Positions 24,161 to 38,570 of a stretch of DNA of 64,000 nucleotides are shown piece by piece; the stretch's first letter is position 1; every line of letters begins with the position of its first letter. A program made the position numbers and the translations under genes. The notes beneath the pieces are model-generated. The model worked only from the letters and a program-made list of their open reading frames with translations. It did not search any database and was not told where the DNA came from. This DNA comes from Octopus vulgaris (taxonomy: Eukaryota): NCBI GenBank assembly GCA_951406725.2, contig OX597828.1, positions 61,566,001-61,630,000 of the forward strand, in the 5' to 3' direction.

Positions 24161-27100
24161 ATTTTCAATGTATTTCAATTAGATTCGGTCTTATATACAT
24201 AAGAAAGGCATAACATTATGTGATTTCCGTAGAAAATAAATAAATCGCCTTAAGGAAAGAGATGTATTTTTCTATCCCTGTATTTTGTTGAAATAAGCAG
24301 ACACAGAGTTTAATTATAAGTTTATTTGTAACAACAAATTGTGTTAGGCTTTTCTATTTAACAAAATGTCAACGTAAGAGTTTGCTCATACAATAGGAAA
24401 ATAGCAAATTTATACCCAGTACTTACTTTACTAGATTTGAAATAAATAGCAGTTATTCGATGAGCTTACAATTTTTCTCTGTAATATTTCGAGGTTGGCT
24501 ACCATCTTCTCTCTTCACCCACCTATGATCACAACATGCAATACAATACTATGCATTATTTAATCTTGTCAAATATATTTCGAAATAAATTAGGAACAAC
24601 AACAAAAAAAAGTTAGCGATTACCCTACACCAATTCTCATTAAATATGGCTGACAGGCTATGCAACTTAATATGTACAGTATTTGTCATAGACAACTGTT
24701 TGCTGACAGTTCTTCAAGGAAAACCTGTTTAAATATATTTGTGCGACAAGACATGTTTAATCCTGTAATATACAACTGAAAGTCATAAAATCACATTACA
24801 ACATGAGAGGCCTGATGAATTTCCTGTTTATTTCATTCTATTGTCAGTTAGACAGCTTCTTTTTGGAATAACCCATTTACAACGCACTATTTGCACAGCT
24901 AGATTTTATATGGAAATACTATGCGCACTTACTTATCTATGTGATAACTGTTGCTATTCTTGTCATTTAGCCTCCAACGAGGAAACCTATAAACAAATAC
25001 GTCTAAGTTTTGAGCATCCTGTCTAAATTTTGCATATAAAGTGTATCTTGGAGTACAGTATTTAATGAGTAATGTGTGACAGGAAGTTATGACTAATTGA
25101 GAAGTTTGTTAATTCTAGCAAGTTCAGCTTACAATGAAGTGACTTTTTTGTTGTGATTGCATATTATGTACAAGGGTGTGTATGTGTATAGTGAGTTGTG
25201 TGTGAGTGCTGTGTGTATGTGTATGAATGCATATGTGCATGTGTATGTGTGTGTGTGTGCATGTGTGTGTGTGTTTGTGTGTGTGTTTGTGTGTGTGTGT
25301 GTGGTGCGCTTGTGTTTGTGTGTGTGTTATGTTAATACTAGCCAGATCTGGCCTCTTACACCTACTCTGCAATGTCTTCTGAAAACAAAATCTCATCATT
25401 GGATATCTCAAAGCTGCAAGATAATGTATGATTAATTCATAAGCATGGGAATAAATTAACACTGCATTTAATAGAGTAATCTGAATGCTAAAGGATTAAA
25501 CCAATGTAAACTTGATGCAGAGAAGGACACATACATATGCATGCTTATTATATAAGTATATATATATATATAAACACATCCATCCACTCACTCTCACACA
25601 CACATATACACACACTCTCTCTCTCTCACACACACACACGCGCGCGTGTGACACTGTTCTGTTCAGATTCCCTCTGCTAAATTCTGGTCACAGAGTAATG
25701 GTCAACTCGTATGAAAACACAATAAACTTTTCATATGGCACAGTTTAATATATATTATTTTCATTTAACAGATGGCATTTATTAGTTATTGGAATACCAA
25801 TTACATAATATATTTAATCTGGGTTGAATCTTGACTCATTCCCACCCGCCCACTCAAGCATGACGGACCATCTCTCAGTTTGCAGTGCAATATAAATCAA
25901 AACAAAACAAATATAAAATGGAAGGAAATCTATTAACTTAAGTATACTTTTACAATCTCATTAGTAATTTCATTTTTTTTTCTCTCTGAGATTACTTTAT
26001 TTCGTTCTAGGAGTTGAGAGATTTCAGAAGTATTTTCTTTCAATGTCCTACACATTTTCCCGACTGCTATATAATTCAAAGTACTTTAACTACATTAAGG
26101 GCAAGTCATTCATGAAGTTTTCTCATATTTTATTATTAAATTCACATTATTTACTATGCGTTGGATTTTGGAGTTTGGCATTTAACTTTAGTGTAATTAA
26201 TAATCATATTTTTGAAACGTAAGCTAATTTTACATTCGTGATGCGAAAACTGCATTTCTTCCGCCCAAGAAACCGAATTAAATATAACTTGTCTGTTTCT
26301 TAAAAATCATAGTTTAAAAAAATATTTATGATAAATGTAAATGTTTCCTTAACGACAAGTTTCATTAAGCTATGGATTTCTTCACTTGCAATACCAGCAT
26401 TTTATTAAGAAGAAAATGATTCAGAAATTGTAAGCTTTGCCATCAAATGGTAGAATCACTCATGGAGATAACCGACAAAACCGTCATAAAATATGTTCCT
26501 GTCTCGAATTTCAGCCACCTGATTATTAACAAATGTTCGTATAAATACGGATAATGGATAGGAGAGTAAACATGTTTATCTATCTAGAATATGCAGAAAC
26601 CAGCACATCTTATGCTAATTCTTCAAGTATCAATGGTAGATTATTACCACTGACATACCTGGTTGAATTATAGTTGGAATACCTCTGCACTTTTCCAGAT
26701 GCACATACTCATATATACATTTATACATATTCATATATTGATTACCAATGGCTGCATATAAGCATATAATTTTGAAATGTAATTCAGCTGGCTTAGATGA
26801 CATATTTTTGTGCTAAAAATGTCTATGTTTTCCCCAAATGTCAATTAATTACAGTTATTTATCTTTCTATACTTGTTGTTCTTCTATTTTCAACAACTCA
26901 AAACATTGCTTTTACTTATCGATTGCACTAATATCATCAATTAATTAATTTTATAAGTATGCCTCAAACGTATTTATATTCTGCTATTTATTAATGCCGA
27001 TGGCTCCACTGTACCACATTTCTTGATATTCTTAATCACCGACACATCATTATCCCTCTCTCATTCTTTCTTTCTGTGTCTATATATATATATATAAATT

Positions 27101-27417
27101 ATGAGTAAGAGGTTATGCAACCGCCAAAGGGATAACTGTACCCGCAGGCACTACTGGTGTATTGCCTAACTATGTATAGGCCTTGTTGTAAGGTTAACAG
27201 TAGCTGGTAATTTAAGGAGTAAACTGTGGTTTAATATATTCAGATAAGAGAAGGAATGGAGCAACATGTAACAATTAGAGGTGGATCATTGGTATTGAAT
27301 GATCATTGTTTAATTATGGTTAACCATAGTGGTATATATATATATATATAATTATATATATATACATATATATAAACATATATATATATATATGTATATA
27401 TACATACATATATATAA

Positions 27418-27466
<49 letters not shown>

Positions 27467-27500
27467 CACACACACATATATATATATATGTGTGTGTGTG

Positions 27501-27621
<121 letters not shown>

Positions 27622-27686
27622 AGAGAGAAAATGAGAGAGGGGTAATGATGTGTCGATGATTAAGAATATCAAGAAATTTATCGCAG

Positions 27687-27728
27687 GGCTGTTACTCAGA
27701 GTTTCACGTTCCCGCTCGTCGGACAGTC
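27687..27728 (-). ncRNA. Minimal hammerhead motif (U4->C variant)
   Basis: CTGT-CCGACGA-GCG(ggaa)CGT-GAAAC-TCTGA-GTA-ACAG; near-palindromic ACTC(T)GAGT helix III. Confidence 0.7.
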
Positions 27729-27822
27729 GTTATTAAATTCCACATCCTATTCCAAGTCAACCTTTGGTACTCGAGTACTATCTTTTCCACCTTGTTTTGC
27801 ACTATGTGCTCACATACACACA

Positions 27823-27897
<75 letters not shown>

Positions 27898-27904
27898 GGT
27901 AAAT

Positions 27905-28300
27905 ACCCCCTTCGGTCGTGAATGACCATGGGATTGCACCTAAAAAGTTCCTCTCTGAGGCACAAGTCCAGGTAAGGTTGTTCAGGGAAGACAAACGGTC
28001 GCCCATGCATACCAGCCTCCCCTCTTCACGCCACTGATGTTATCCAAGGGAAAGGCAAAGGGAACATAAACACACCAACGTCGGTTGTTAAGCGATGGTG
28101 GGGACAAACACAGACACACAAACACACACACATATCTATATATATACGACGGGCTTCTTTCAATTTCCGTCTACCAAATCCATTCACAAGACTTTGGTCG
28201 GCCCAAGACTATAGTAGAAGACACTTACCCATGGTGCTACGCAGTGGGACTGAATCCGGAACCATGTGGTCGGGAAGCAAGTTTCTTACCACACAGCCAC
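27905..28300 (-). mobile_element. SINE with a family B head (28300-28060) joined to tail module D (28060-27905)
   Basis: 28060-28300 matches 6545-6855; 27905-28060 matches 13436-13578. Confidence 0.85.
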
Positions 28301-28302
28301 TA

Positions 28303-28608
28303 ATTGTGACTGAGAGTGCTGTGTAGCACCTATATTGCTAGAAATAAGAGTTAGAACCCTGTACGGAAGTACATTTTCATATACTGACAGGGGATATAAG
28401 AACCTCATAAGCGAAGCTAGGATCACTGGACGAGACTAGTTTCTATAAATTGCACACTTGTCAGTAGTGGTCACTCCATCGCCCAATGGCTGAGCTAAAT
28501 CCACACTGTCAGTATACATATTTACCATATAAATTTATGACTTGTAGTTCTAAGGGTTAACTCTTATTTCTAGCAATATAGGTATCACCTAGCACACTTA
28601 GTCACGAC
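28303..28608. mobile_element. MITE-like element with ~55 bp imperfect terminal inverted repeats
   Basis: gtgactgagagtgct..acctatattgctagaaataagagtta and taactcttatttctagcaatataggt..agcacacttagtcac; inner IR tatactgacag/ctgtcagtata. Confidence 0.7.
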
Positions 28609-28827
28609 TACTGACGATTGAGTTTTTCCTTTTCGGTTGTATATAGTATATTTATTATGATATATTAAATACATTATAATATAGGTGGCTAGAGTAATTA
28701 AAATCAAAAAGGCAAAATTCATAATTAAGGATGCAAAATAGCACCTGCTATTGCTAGAAATGAGAGCTAAAAAATATAGCTCGAATAACACACACAAAAT
28801 CACCAACCTCATGAGATATTCAGGGAC

Positions 28828-28930
28828 TGCAAGTAGCAAACCACAACAACTTTCTTCGGCGAGATAAACTAAACTACTTCATTCTGTGCGTTTATCTCGC
28901 TGAAGAACATGTTGTGGATTGCTGCTCGCA
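28828..28930. other. ~100 nt imperfect hairpin
   Basis: gcaaaccacaaca..cttcggcgagataaac / gtttatctcgctgaag..tgttgtggattgc with a ~20 nt loop. Confidence 0.8.
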
Positions 28931-29159
28931 TTAAGTATGTCGTAAAGAAGTTTTCTCTAAATGTGTCCACTTCAAGCGCTAATTACTGGGAAATTTGCTC
29001 TTCCCGTTTGCTGTTTAGGCCCTTTATGGTCTATAAGGGTTGTTTTATCCCTTGATCCAGCGGAGACAACCCGTCCTCATTAACATTTTTATACGTTAGG
29101 CCTTAAATTTCGATATCTGAGCGTTTCCTCATGTCCGCGTGGTAGAAAGTTTGAATTTG

Positions 29160-29228
29160 TATAAAGTCTGACGAGCTCTCCGCACGGCTTTGACTTTCGC
29201 GGATACGAAACCTTTGGTAACTATGACC
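29160..29228 (+). ncRNA. Type I hammerhead ribozyme motif with canonical core
   Basis: AGT-CTGACGA-Gctc-TCCGC(15 nt)GCGGA-taC-GAAAC-C(ttt)G-GTA-ACT. Confidence 0.75.
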
Positions 29229-30129
29229 AGAATTTAAATATATGTATACACACTCTATGGTATTTGAAATTAATGACGCCTGTCACACGCAATGCATTTA
29301 GTAAATTTCACTGTTTTAATTGGAGATAGAGGAGACGCTGAGCGAGTGAAATTAGCAAGATTTATTTCTCAGGAGAAATATTAAATCCATAGACCCAATC
29401 TTTGGTAAAATGACAGTGCCAATAAATGTGAGGTTTAGATTTTAGTCTTCTATCCATACGCTCGGAAAAATAAGCCTTACTCTGCTTTGATGATCAAATA
29501 TTGAAAACGTGAGTACAGGGATTAAAAACGAATCGTACTCATCGGATTATTCTTAATTCCATTTTGATTAATGTTTCCAAAGCAGTTAAAACTGGTCCCG
29601 CTAATGTTAGAAATAATGGCTATAGATAATCATTTTATCACCGCTGCTTCTGCTGTTTTTGTTCAGCCACCTCTGCCCGTTTCCCAGCCCTAATCAAGAA
29701 TATCGATGACAAAAAGGAATTCAGATTTTATCATCCCGTCTTTTTGTATAGGAAGATACTCTGCCTAATGTGTTTTTCTGTTATTACCTCATATTCGAAC
29801 GACTACATACATGCTCTCACGTTAAGTTTGTTATTGAAATTTTATTGTTGTTTAACTCCAAATCAACTCTAATTGAACAGACTTAATGACATGCCGTCTA
29901 TGGCCATTTCATCTTTTTATAGCTATCTAGGAGTCTAATGCATCCATATCTTCTTTTTATAAAATATTAGAGTTTGGTTTGGGGGAAATTTGTGGCTATC
30001 TCTAGCTGGTCGAGCGACTGAGTAGAGTTTCCTTCGTTTTCTAGTCATTGTTATTGTTTTTTTGTTTTTGTTTTTTTGCTACTGTTGTATAACACTTATA
30101 CCAAACAGATAGGTAACAGAATGCCGCAT

Positions 30130-31550
30130 TCATCTATCTCATCTAGGTCGTCCCATAGGACGCCCGCATTCGATCAACGTTAAAGTAAATACCTTCTTAC
30201 ATTTCTGAAAGATGTCGGAATTGTTGAAAGAGAATTCTCTGGTGCAATGAGTAAATCGGGTTGTTTACTAAAATGTAAGGATACTAAAGATAGCATGAAA
30301 ATGGACACTATTTGAAAAAGGAAAACTTCTCGGTCAAAATACACTTGACGCAAAAGTGTTGAAGGCGAGCCGAGGGAAATAGTTAAAGTACAATGTCACC
30401 TTTATTGTTCCCGTCCAAGAACCAAAACCAAGCGACACGGGTTTGGAAAAACAGGTTTACTTTTATGCCTTGTCTATTCTGAAACAGTACCGCTACACCA
30501 CTTATACCTCGCACTTGTCTAGAAAGAGAGCAAGTGACCGCTTTTGAAAAACCCTTGACTGGCTTAATGGCTGTTTCATCAAGATCTACAAATCTGAGAT
30601 CGATGGGTAGTTGTTATTGCTTCAAGGCCACGTGCATTTATGCAACCTATTTTCAGTATTGTCACTCTAGGAGGAGAAGAAACAAAAAGAGGAATAAGTC
30701 CTTTTTCGGTGAATTTGTATGGGCACTCCAAAAGCCTTTCACTTAATCATTTGTAAAGCCTCCTACATAATGTGGGAAACACTTCCAGAAAACATGGTAC
30801 ATTGCTGCAGTAGTTCTTAACAATAGCCGTCTTTCTGGAGATTTGGAGAGGGTGGCTGCATCAAGACCTTCATCTTTCGTTAAAAATTTGTCTTCGTGGA
30901 ATTCCATGAACTCTTCGTTCTCCCTTTGGAGACTGTTGAATGTTTCGTCTGTTTCTTTGCTGAAACCCTTTAAGGTTAAACTGTTTTATCTCGGATTCTT
31001 TTTATTCTGTTTGCTGCTATTCTTGGTGTGTCTCTGGTTGGTGCTGTTATCGTTGTTTCTGTTCTTGACATTGCTGCTGTTGATTTATTTCTTATGGTTA
31101 TTGTTGGAATTGTGTTTGTCGTTGTGGCTGTTGTTATTGTTGTTATGACTGTTGGTCTGTCGCCTGTTTCATTTATTGGACGCAATGTGTTAAATTTGGT
31201 GTCCTCAAACTTTTGAGATTTGGGGCTCGGATCAGTATATTTACTTGCTCGTCTTCTCTACTTTTTGGATGCTTTTGTGCCATTCAGAGATACTTCCAAA
31301 TGTGGACCTCAGCTGAGCTTGCGCTTATTTTCTCGTCTGTCGTTTGTTTATGTTGGGGTGATTGTAACATTTGTGGTGGTGATGTTGGAGGTGGGGGAAA
31401 ACGTGTTCCTGCGCCCCGCCGCGAGTGGAAAAAATCTTTGTTGCATTATTTGTGGGAACGCCTTCTGGAGCAACTAAAATCTGAAACTCCATGGACGTTC
31501 CCATTCTATTCTAGTGGGGATTAGACTTCATGTGTATAATATCCTATAGT
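30130..31550 (-). mobile_element. Decayed L1/Tx1-like LINE (ORF1 end and start of the ORF2 APE endonuclease)
   Basis: ILKIGCINARGL at ~30665-30625 (APE motif I) follows a Thr/Lys/Glu-rich ORF1-like region; many stops. Confidence 0.5.
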
Positions 31551-33818
31551 CTGGCCATTACTCTCACGTGGTCCCTATTAAGATGTATGGCAGTGAGGCT
31601 GACTTAGGTCACAAAATACTCCATATGTAATGGGATCATGACAAACTGCTGAAAGGAGAGCCATATATCCGTTAAACGAGCTTCCAAGTTCGTTATTGTA
31701 AATATCTATCACCGTCACCCCGACTTTTCCTCTATTCCTCTCCCGGTCTCTATATCTTTCTCCCTCGTACATTTTAAATTTCATTATACAGAGAGATTAT
31801 TGATATGAGGGACAGGTTAAGTTGTGAGTTTCTTTGGAAAGCTGCTGTAGAAAGTGAATGTAAGTGCTGGTAGTATTTCGATTATTTATATAAATATTCC
31901 CAATATTTATATACTTATAATATAATATATGAAAGGTTTTTAGTCCTTCAATTGCCTTCAAATTCAATAAAATAATTTTAATTGATATGCTGGCATATCT
32001 AGTATACCCAGCCACTAAGAATGTATTACCTTGTGTCAAACTTAAAAATTATACACATATAGTTGCAACTGTAGTGTAGAAATAAAAGCGGATCAAAGAA
32101 AGTCTGAAATTATGTTAAAAATAATGTAGATATGAGAGAAAAAAAACTGTTGCTCACAACGCAGAAATGAAACAGTCCAAATCCGTTGGGTGATTTTCAT
32201 GATGAATTTAACTGAATAACAAATGGTGGTGTTACCGAAAGCTAATCGCTGAGGTGTTAAATGATAGAAACAGTTTAATGTAGCAAAGAATTCAAACTTC
32301 CAATAACTCACACTGGCTTGGCTATGGTACTGCGTTGAGGATCAGGGGTATGAATTACATATTTACAGCAATTCTCAGACAGATGAAATTTATACCGTGT
32401 GTGTGTGCGCGCGCGTGTGTATGTGTGTGCAAGTATGTACACATATACACACACATAATGTATATGGAAATATACATTATGTACATTTATATATGTTTAT
32501 ATACATATATCCAAAAATCATACCCATATCTTTCTTGAATATATATATATGTGTCTGCATGCGTGGCAGCATATTTGCAATCCCACACACAATAACTAAA
32601 GCCTATGCACCTTACCTACATCTGTGAATTTGGTTTATTTTAATTAACTCTCCGCGTGTGGTATGCTTATATTTTATTACAGAAATATTAGAATCTTATT
32701 CCCCCTTCATCTTCTGCTGTAAATGAAATTACATAATGGTATAAATGAAACTGATATTTCTGTATATAGCTCGTCAATAGAATCTGTCGGAAAATTAAAT
32801 AATTTTCCACTGTACCAATATGTAGTGTTATTTGTTTTTTGCTTTAGTAACCATTCTCCGACTGGTAACTTTCTCCCTATTTAGATAAATGAATTTGTGC
32901 TTAGATACATCATTGTTTGTGTCTAAGTTTTTCTTCGGAATTTATTGAAAGATTTTCATTTTTCCTCTTCAGAACTCAAGCTGGTCACTAACAAAGTGAC
33001 AAGAAGCATTTATTTAAGGCAAGACAGCTGCTGCGGTTTGTAGTTATCTGCATCGGTTGGTGAGTGAATTTTGTGTGTGTGTGTGAGTCGAAACGTGCCT
33101 ATGGTAAGCTTTTTACGATGCCTTTCAATCTGTTTGAAGTAGGAGTTAAATCTCCCTCGAAACACTACACCGCTTCAAAATGAAAGGGAAAATTGGATGA
33201 TGTAACTAGTTACCTAATTACCCTTAAAAATGGTTAATATCTAATCGTTAGTTAACGTTGATTAACCAAAGCTATGGTCTGAGGAGTTCAAGCCATAACA
33301 ATCCTGTTGTTCTCGGGGTATCTAAGGTTAATACTAACCAATGTGTCCTTCCTTAAGACTATGGGTGTGTTCTAAAAAGTATTTGGCTGCTATTTCTTAC
33401 AAGTCAAAGTGGAGAAAGAAAATTTTCAGCTGCGGTATAACGAAGATACAGAAAACCTAGAAACAAGATGTCGAAAAACACCTGATGCTAAAATGATGCA
33501 AATAACAACAACAACTTACACCCACAAATGCCGTCCTCCTCCCTGCTTCTTCTACTGTGAATATGTCATACTGGAGCACAATCGTCAACGGTTTGATCGA
33601 ACAACGATCACGGTATTAGTTTATTTTTCTGGTACTTCGTCTATTTTCATCGTTTTGTCGAACTGCTAAGTGGTGAGGACCTAAAGAAGCCAACAATGGT
33701 TGTCAAGTATAGAAGATATAACGTAAAGACGCGGCTACACCCCTCCCCCACACACGCACATAAATGCATACACACCTATGTATGTAAAAAAAGAATATAT
33801 ATATATATGTAAATATAT

Positions 33819-33860
<42 letters not shown>

Positions 33861-33934
33861 TATACATACATATACATACGTATGTATATATATATATGTA
33901 TATATACATATGTATGTATATATATGTACATACG

Positions 33935-33982
<48 letters not shown>

Positions 33983-35282
33983 TGGGTGGGTATCGTACTT
34001 AAAGTACTTAAAGTATATACACTTAGATGGGACAGTTACTGCAGTATTGTCCTGTAATAGCATCTCTTAATGCATTCCTATGTCAAATCACCATAAATAC
34101 GAGATGAGGTCGAAAATTTGCTCCAGAAGGGCCAGCGAGATCATCAAATGCATTTCTGCTTTTTGGTCCTTTCAATTGCATGTACTCGCAGCCGGCCACA
34201 TGCTCGGACAAGAATTCGTCGACTGGGATGCATGGAAAATTAAAAAAATATTCAGTGATGCTGCGAACAGCCGCCTAGAAACCGGGGTGGGGTGGAGTTC
34301 TGTCATTTTGGGGAGAAAATATAATCCAAGCAGAGTTGCAAAAGACGGTTTTGTTAGAGAAGAAAAGAACATCAAGACTGTTTAATCAAATTAACATTCC
34401 AAAATGAACATCTAATCACAAGAATTTGTACTTTCGAACAGCAAGAGATAGTTTGAAGAACTAAAATAAATAAATAAATAAATAAATAAACAAATAAACA
34501 AATAAATAAAATGAAACTTACTGCATAATATCATGGTTGATAAAATATTGAGCCAACTGCATATGAATTTGAAAAACAATTTAAAGCTAATAATACGGTT
34601 CATTCTTCTTTTAAAAAGACAAAAGAAGCGTTTATGTTAAGAAAAGTAAACCAATTAGTGAACTCAATGCATCTAAAGAGCAAACCTTCGTAATACTGTG
34701 CTCTGATGCATTAGATAATAGTTACAGGACATTGTGGCAAACGTAAATAAAAAGGATTCTTTCACCAGAGTTAAAGTGAAGATGGACAAATGTATCAACA
34801 CATATATATACAGAGAGAAGAAAACGGATTTTTATCATGATGTAATTGATTAGTTCATCAATAAATAACCTTTCGTATTTACTCTTGATTCAGAAGGCAG
34901 TGTGAGATTTTGGAAGTGTGAGAACTGCTTCTAATTCATAATATATTTTTCTTTCACATGTGCTATGTCGCAGTACATCAGCGAATGGACTTTGCTATAT
35001 ATGCATATAAACCACAAGCAAGCGATTCACTTCGTTTCGAGATGATCTGAGTACATGGCGAAATACCGGTTTCTATCGTTCTCGGTAATCCCGAAGTGAG
35101 TTGCCTCACCTTTTCTGTGACATTCAGGTGTTCTTTAACACTCGGCGTCATACTGGGAGTTTTCTCTAGACGCTATGCGGCAGCAACTTTGGCATATAAG
35201 CAAAATCCATATCTTATGGACATGCGACCGATAATACTCATATATATAAATATATATATATATATATACATACATACAGGGT

Positions 35283-37025
35283 GGGGAGAATTGCCAAAAA
35301 AACAAGAGACGAAGACAAGTGATGTAGACAACAAACAGATGTATTAGTCTAACGCTCGGGAAGTGAAAAAGTCTTTAACGTTTCGAGCCTACGCTCTTCG
35401 ACAGAAGGGAACACAAAAAGAAACAAGGAGAGAAAATAGAGAATGTGTAGTGACTAGTAATCTATCATGGCGAATGCCTGGCAGAGGGGTCACACAGGAG
35501 AGCTGGGATGAAGGGGAGAAAATAAAGTAGTGGTGATCCCAAAACGAAGATGTGCGCGTGTGTATAAGAGTATGTATGTGCATGTGGAAGAGGGCTAGTG
35601 ACCTTGACGTCTGCGTGTGTGCATGTGTAGGTGTGTAGATAATGGTGTGGGGCTGGAAAGGGGTCAGTGCTAGTGTGTGCGTGGTGGTGTGATGTGGTGT
35701 TGTGTGATATGGTGGTGTATGGTGTGGTGGTGTGGTGGTGTTGGGATGTGAGGAAGGTGGGAGTGGGGAAAGCAAGGGTGGGATGTGGGTTAGGCTGACG
35801 GTGGGGGTAGAGGTGGGGTATGTGGGAGTGGGTGTAAGGGATGGGGTGGGGCGGGATGGGATAGATAGGGAAGGTGGGGTTGAATTGTGTAGCGGTGGGG
35901 TTGGATTGTGTGGGGGTGGGGTTCCGAAGGAGGAGTGACGATGAAGGCAGAGGGGGAAGGGAGAATGTGGGTACGAGTGAAGAGAAGAGAGAAGGAGAGT
36001 AGTAGTGAAGAGAAGTAGGAGTCGGAACAAGAGAGGAGAGGTGGGTGAGAGGAAGTAGGTGTGAGAAGGAGAGAGGAGAGGGGAGGAGAGTTAAGTTCAT
36101 GTCGCGCAAAGGAGCGAATAGGGAAGATTAATCCTTGTTCACGGCGAAAACGGGAGTCCGGATGGCTCCTGTGCAAGGACAATCCGATCCGAACACAGAC
36201 AGGTGCTGCAAAGAGTGACCGGCTGAGCGGAAATGGCGCGAGACCGAGGTGTCATTGCCGAGTCGAATGTCTCGGAGGTGTTCCACGAACCAGTCAGCCA
36301 AGCGGCGTCCCGTTTGCCCGATGTATAGAGAAGGGCAGGGAGAGCAAGCGACGCAGTAGATGACATTGCTAGAAGTGCAGGTGAAGGACTCGGTGATATA
36401 ATAAGGGTCGATGATGGGTGCCGGTGCAGGGTGGTGTTGGAGAGGTATGGGAAAGTGCGGCAGCGCGGGCGGGAGCAGGGGAACGAGCCGGGTTGGGAAG
36501 TTAGGTTAGAGAAGAAGCTGTAGACCAAGAGGTCTCGTAGGTTGTGGGCTCGTTTGGAGGAGAAGGGTCGGTTAGAGAAGATTGTGAAGTGTAGGGGTCG
36601 GATTTGAGTCGCCGGAAGGTTGGAGAGGTAGGGTGGTGGGTGGTAAGTGAGAAGAAACGGGAGACGTGAGACAGCGGGGCGGGGTTCGGGGGGAGAGAGA
36701 AGATGCACAGTCCACGGAACGTGCTCTAGCAAGGGCGGTGTGGATGGTGGTGAGGAGATATCCACGTAAGATGAAGTGGCGAGCCATGAGTTGAGACTGA
36801 GTCTCAAAGTCATGGTCGTCACTGCAGAGCCTGCGTAGACTGAGGAATTGGGGATAGGGGATGGAGAGCTTGCTGTGGGAGGAGGAGAAGTCGAGGTATG
36901 AGTGTGAGTCTGTGTGTTTGTAGTGGATGGAGATGGTGAGATGGAGATAGTGCAGAAGTGGAGGGCAGGATGGAAAGATTTGACAAAAGAAGGGAAATTG
37001 TCTAGATGCTTGCGGGAGAGTGAGG
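35283..37025 (-). mobile_element. Penelope-like element 3' portion (RT thumb, GIY-YIG, pseudo-LTR)
   Basis: HYKHTDSHSYLDFSSSH..SIPY.QFLSLRRLCS; NLRDLLV; FTCTSSNVIYCVACSPCPSLYIGQTGRRLADWFVEHLR; frameshifted. Confidence 0.92.
35372..35408 (-). ncRNA. Hammerhead-like motif, core CTGTCGA
   Basis: CCTT-CTGTCGA-A-GAGC(gtag)GCTC-GAAAC-GTT-AAAG in the pseudo-LTR of the PLE above. Confidence 0.62.
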
Positions 37026-38174
37026 TCACACACGCAAGCATACATGCTTGCACACTAATATGAATGTGTGTGTGTGCGTGTGTGTGTCTGTGTGTCTGTG
37101 TGTATGCATGCGTATGTGCGTGTCTATACACGTATTTACAATACCGATAAGGGAAAATAATACTCTCCGCCTTTAGCCGTTTAAATGTATCTATTTAAGA
37201 ATAAGAAAAACTGGCATACGGAATACGTTAAAAATTAAATTGATATCATCGAGGGATAATACCAGATTTGAGGTTATCTATATTGATAGAGGTGACGGTT
37301 ACATGTCGGATTTGATTTCAATGTTAATATGTTATATTCATAGATATAAAATGCCAAAATAGTTGAATGTTTTCAGGTCCATGTTGGTCATCTCAATTCA
37401 TTACTTTGACATTTAGGCTACTTTACTTGTAATTAAATAGTTTCAAGGAAACACGTTTGTTTTGTTTACTTAAATAATGTTATGTAACCCTCTTGCTGAT
37501 ACTTGTGTCTAATACTTGGCAAATGAATGTTCACAGTAGCAAAGCCAAAATATATTTCACCAAGACGATTGTTAAACTTATTTCAATACTCCATCTGTCA
37601 TTATTTTATACATGCCAGGAAATAATGTGTTTAGTATGTAAATTCATTTACCCAACAGAGTTACACCGCTACATTTAGTGGCTATTTAAGTAACGTGTTC
37701 GTGGATGGTTATCGGATTGGATGTAATGCTGAAGAAGAAGTAATAGTTTCTGAAATATGCATCTACAGCCATTGCCTATTTTTCGATTTTTCGCTCGCAT
37801 TGTTTACACATAGGTATTCGCATACAAATCGTCGTTAATTTTAGTGCCAATTCTAATTTTTATGGAAAACATATAGAAGTAGTTTAACAAAAACGAAATT
37901 AAGAGAAAAAATGTTATATATATGACGTCATATGAATTCATTCATACACAGTGTATTGTGTCTAAACATTAAAAAAAAAATTGTTTTAGATATTGATTTA
38001 TCCAACTGTATCTGTTAATACATTGCACATTAATTAAGCTGAAACCTAGTTACATCTTGTTTAACATGTGGCAAGTTCACAGAATTAGGCACTTTCAAGA
38101 TAATATTTCTCAGCCAAGAAATATACATGTTTACATGAAGAGTGGATTGATTCAAGATATAGTAAGAATAAATG

Positions 38175-38570
38175 TGGAGGCGCAATGGCCCAGTGGTTAG
38201 GGTAGCGGACTCGCGGTCGTAGGATCGCGATTTCGATTCCCAGACCCGGCGTTGTGAGTGTTTATTGAGCGAAAACACCTGAAGCTCCACGAGGCTCCGG
38301 CAGGGATTGTGGTGATCCCTGCTGTACTCTTTCACCACAACTTTCTCTCACTCTTACTTCCTGTTTCTGTTGTACCTGTATTTCAAAGGGCCAGCCTTGT
38401 CACTCTCTGTGTCACGCTCAATATCCCCGAGAACTACGTTAAGGGTACACGTGTCTGTGGAGTGCTCAGCCACTTACACGTTAATTTCACGAGCAGGCTG
38501 TTCCGTTGATCGGATCAACCGGAACCCTCATCGTCGTAACCGACGGAGTGCTTCCAAAAAAAAAAAAAAA
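38175..38570 (+). mobile_element. Full-length tRNA-derived SINE family C with poly(A) and a 14-bp TSD
   Basis: A-box tggcccagtgg; B-box tttcgattccc; A15 tail at 38556-38570; TSD agtaagaataaatg at 38161-38174 and 38570-38583. Confidence 0.95.

Noticed and set aside
26380-26710. Possible host exon with a minus-strand GTATGT donor near 26657
   Set aside because: No recognisable protein, no clear acceptor, and no supporting neighbouring exons.
38176-38250. tRNA-like head as a tRNA gene
   Set aside because: It continues into a SINE body with poly(A) and TSD and has a second copy at 13617-13927; no proper acceptor stem.
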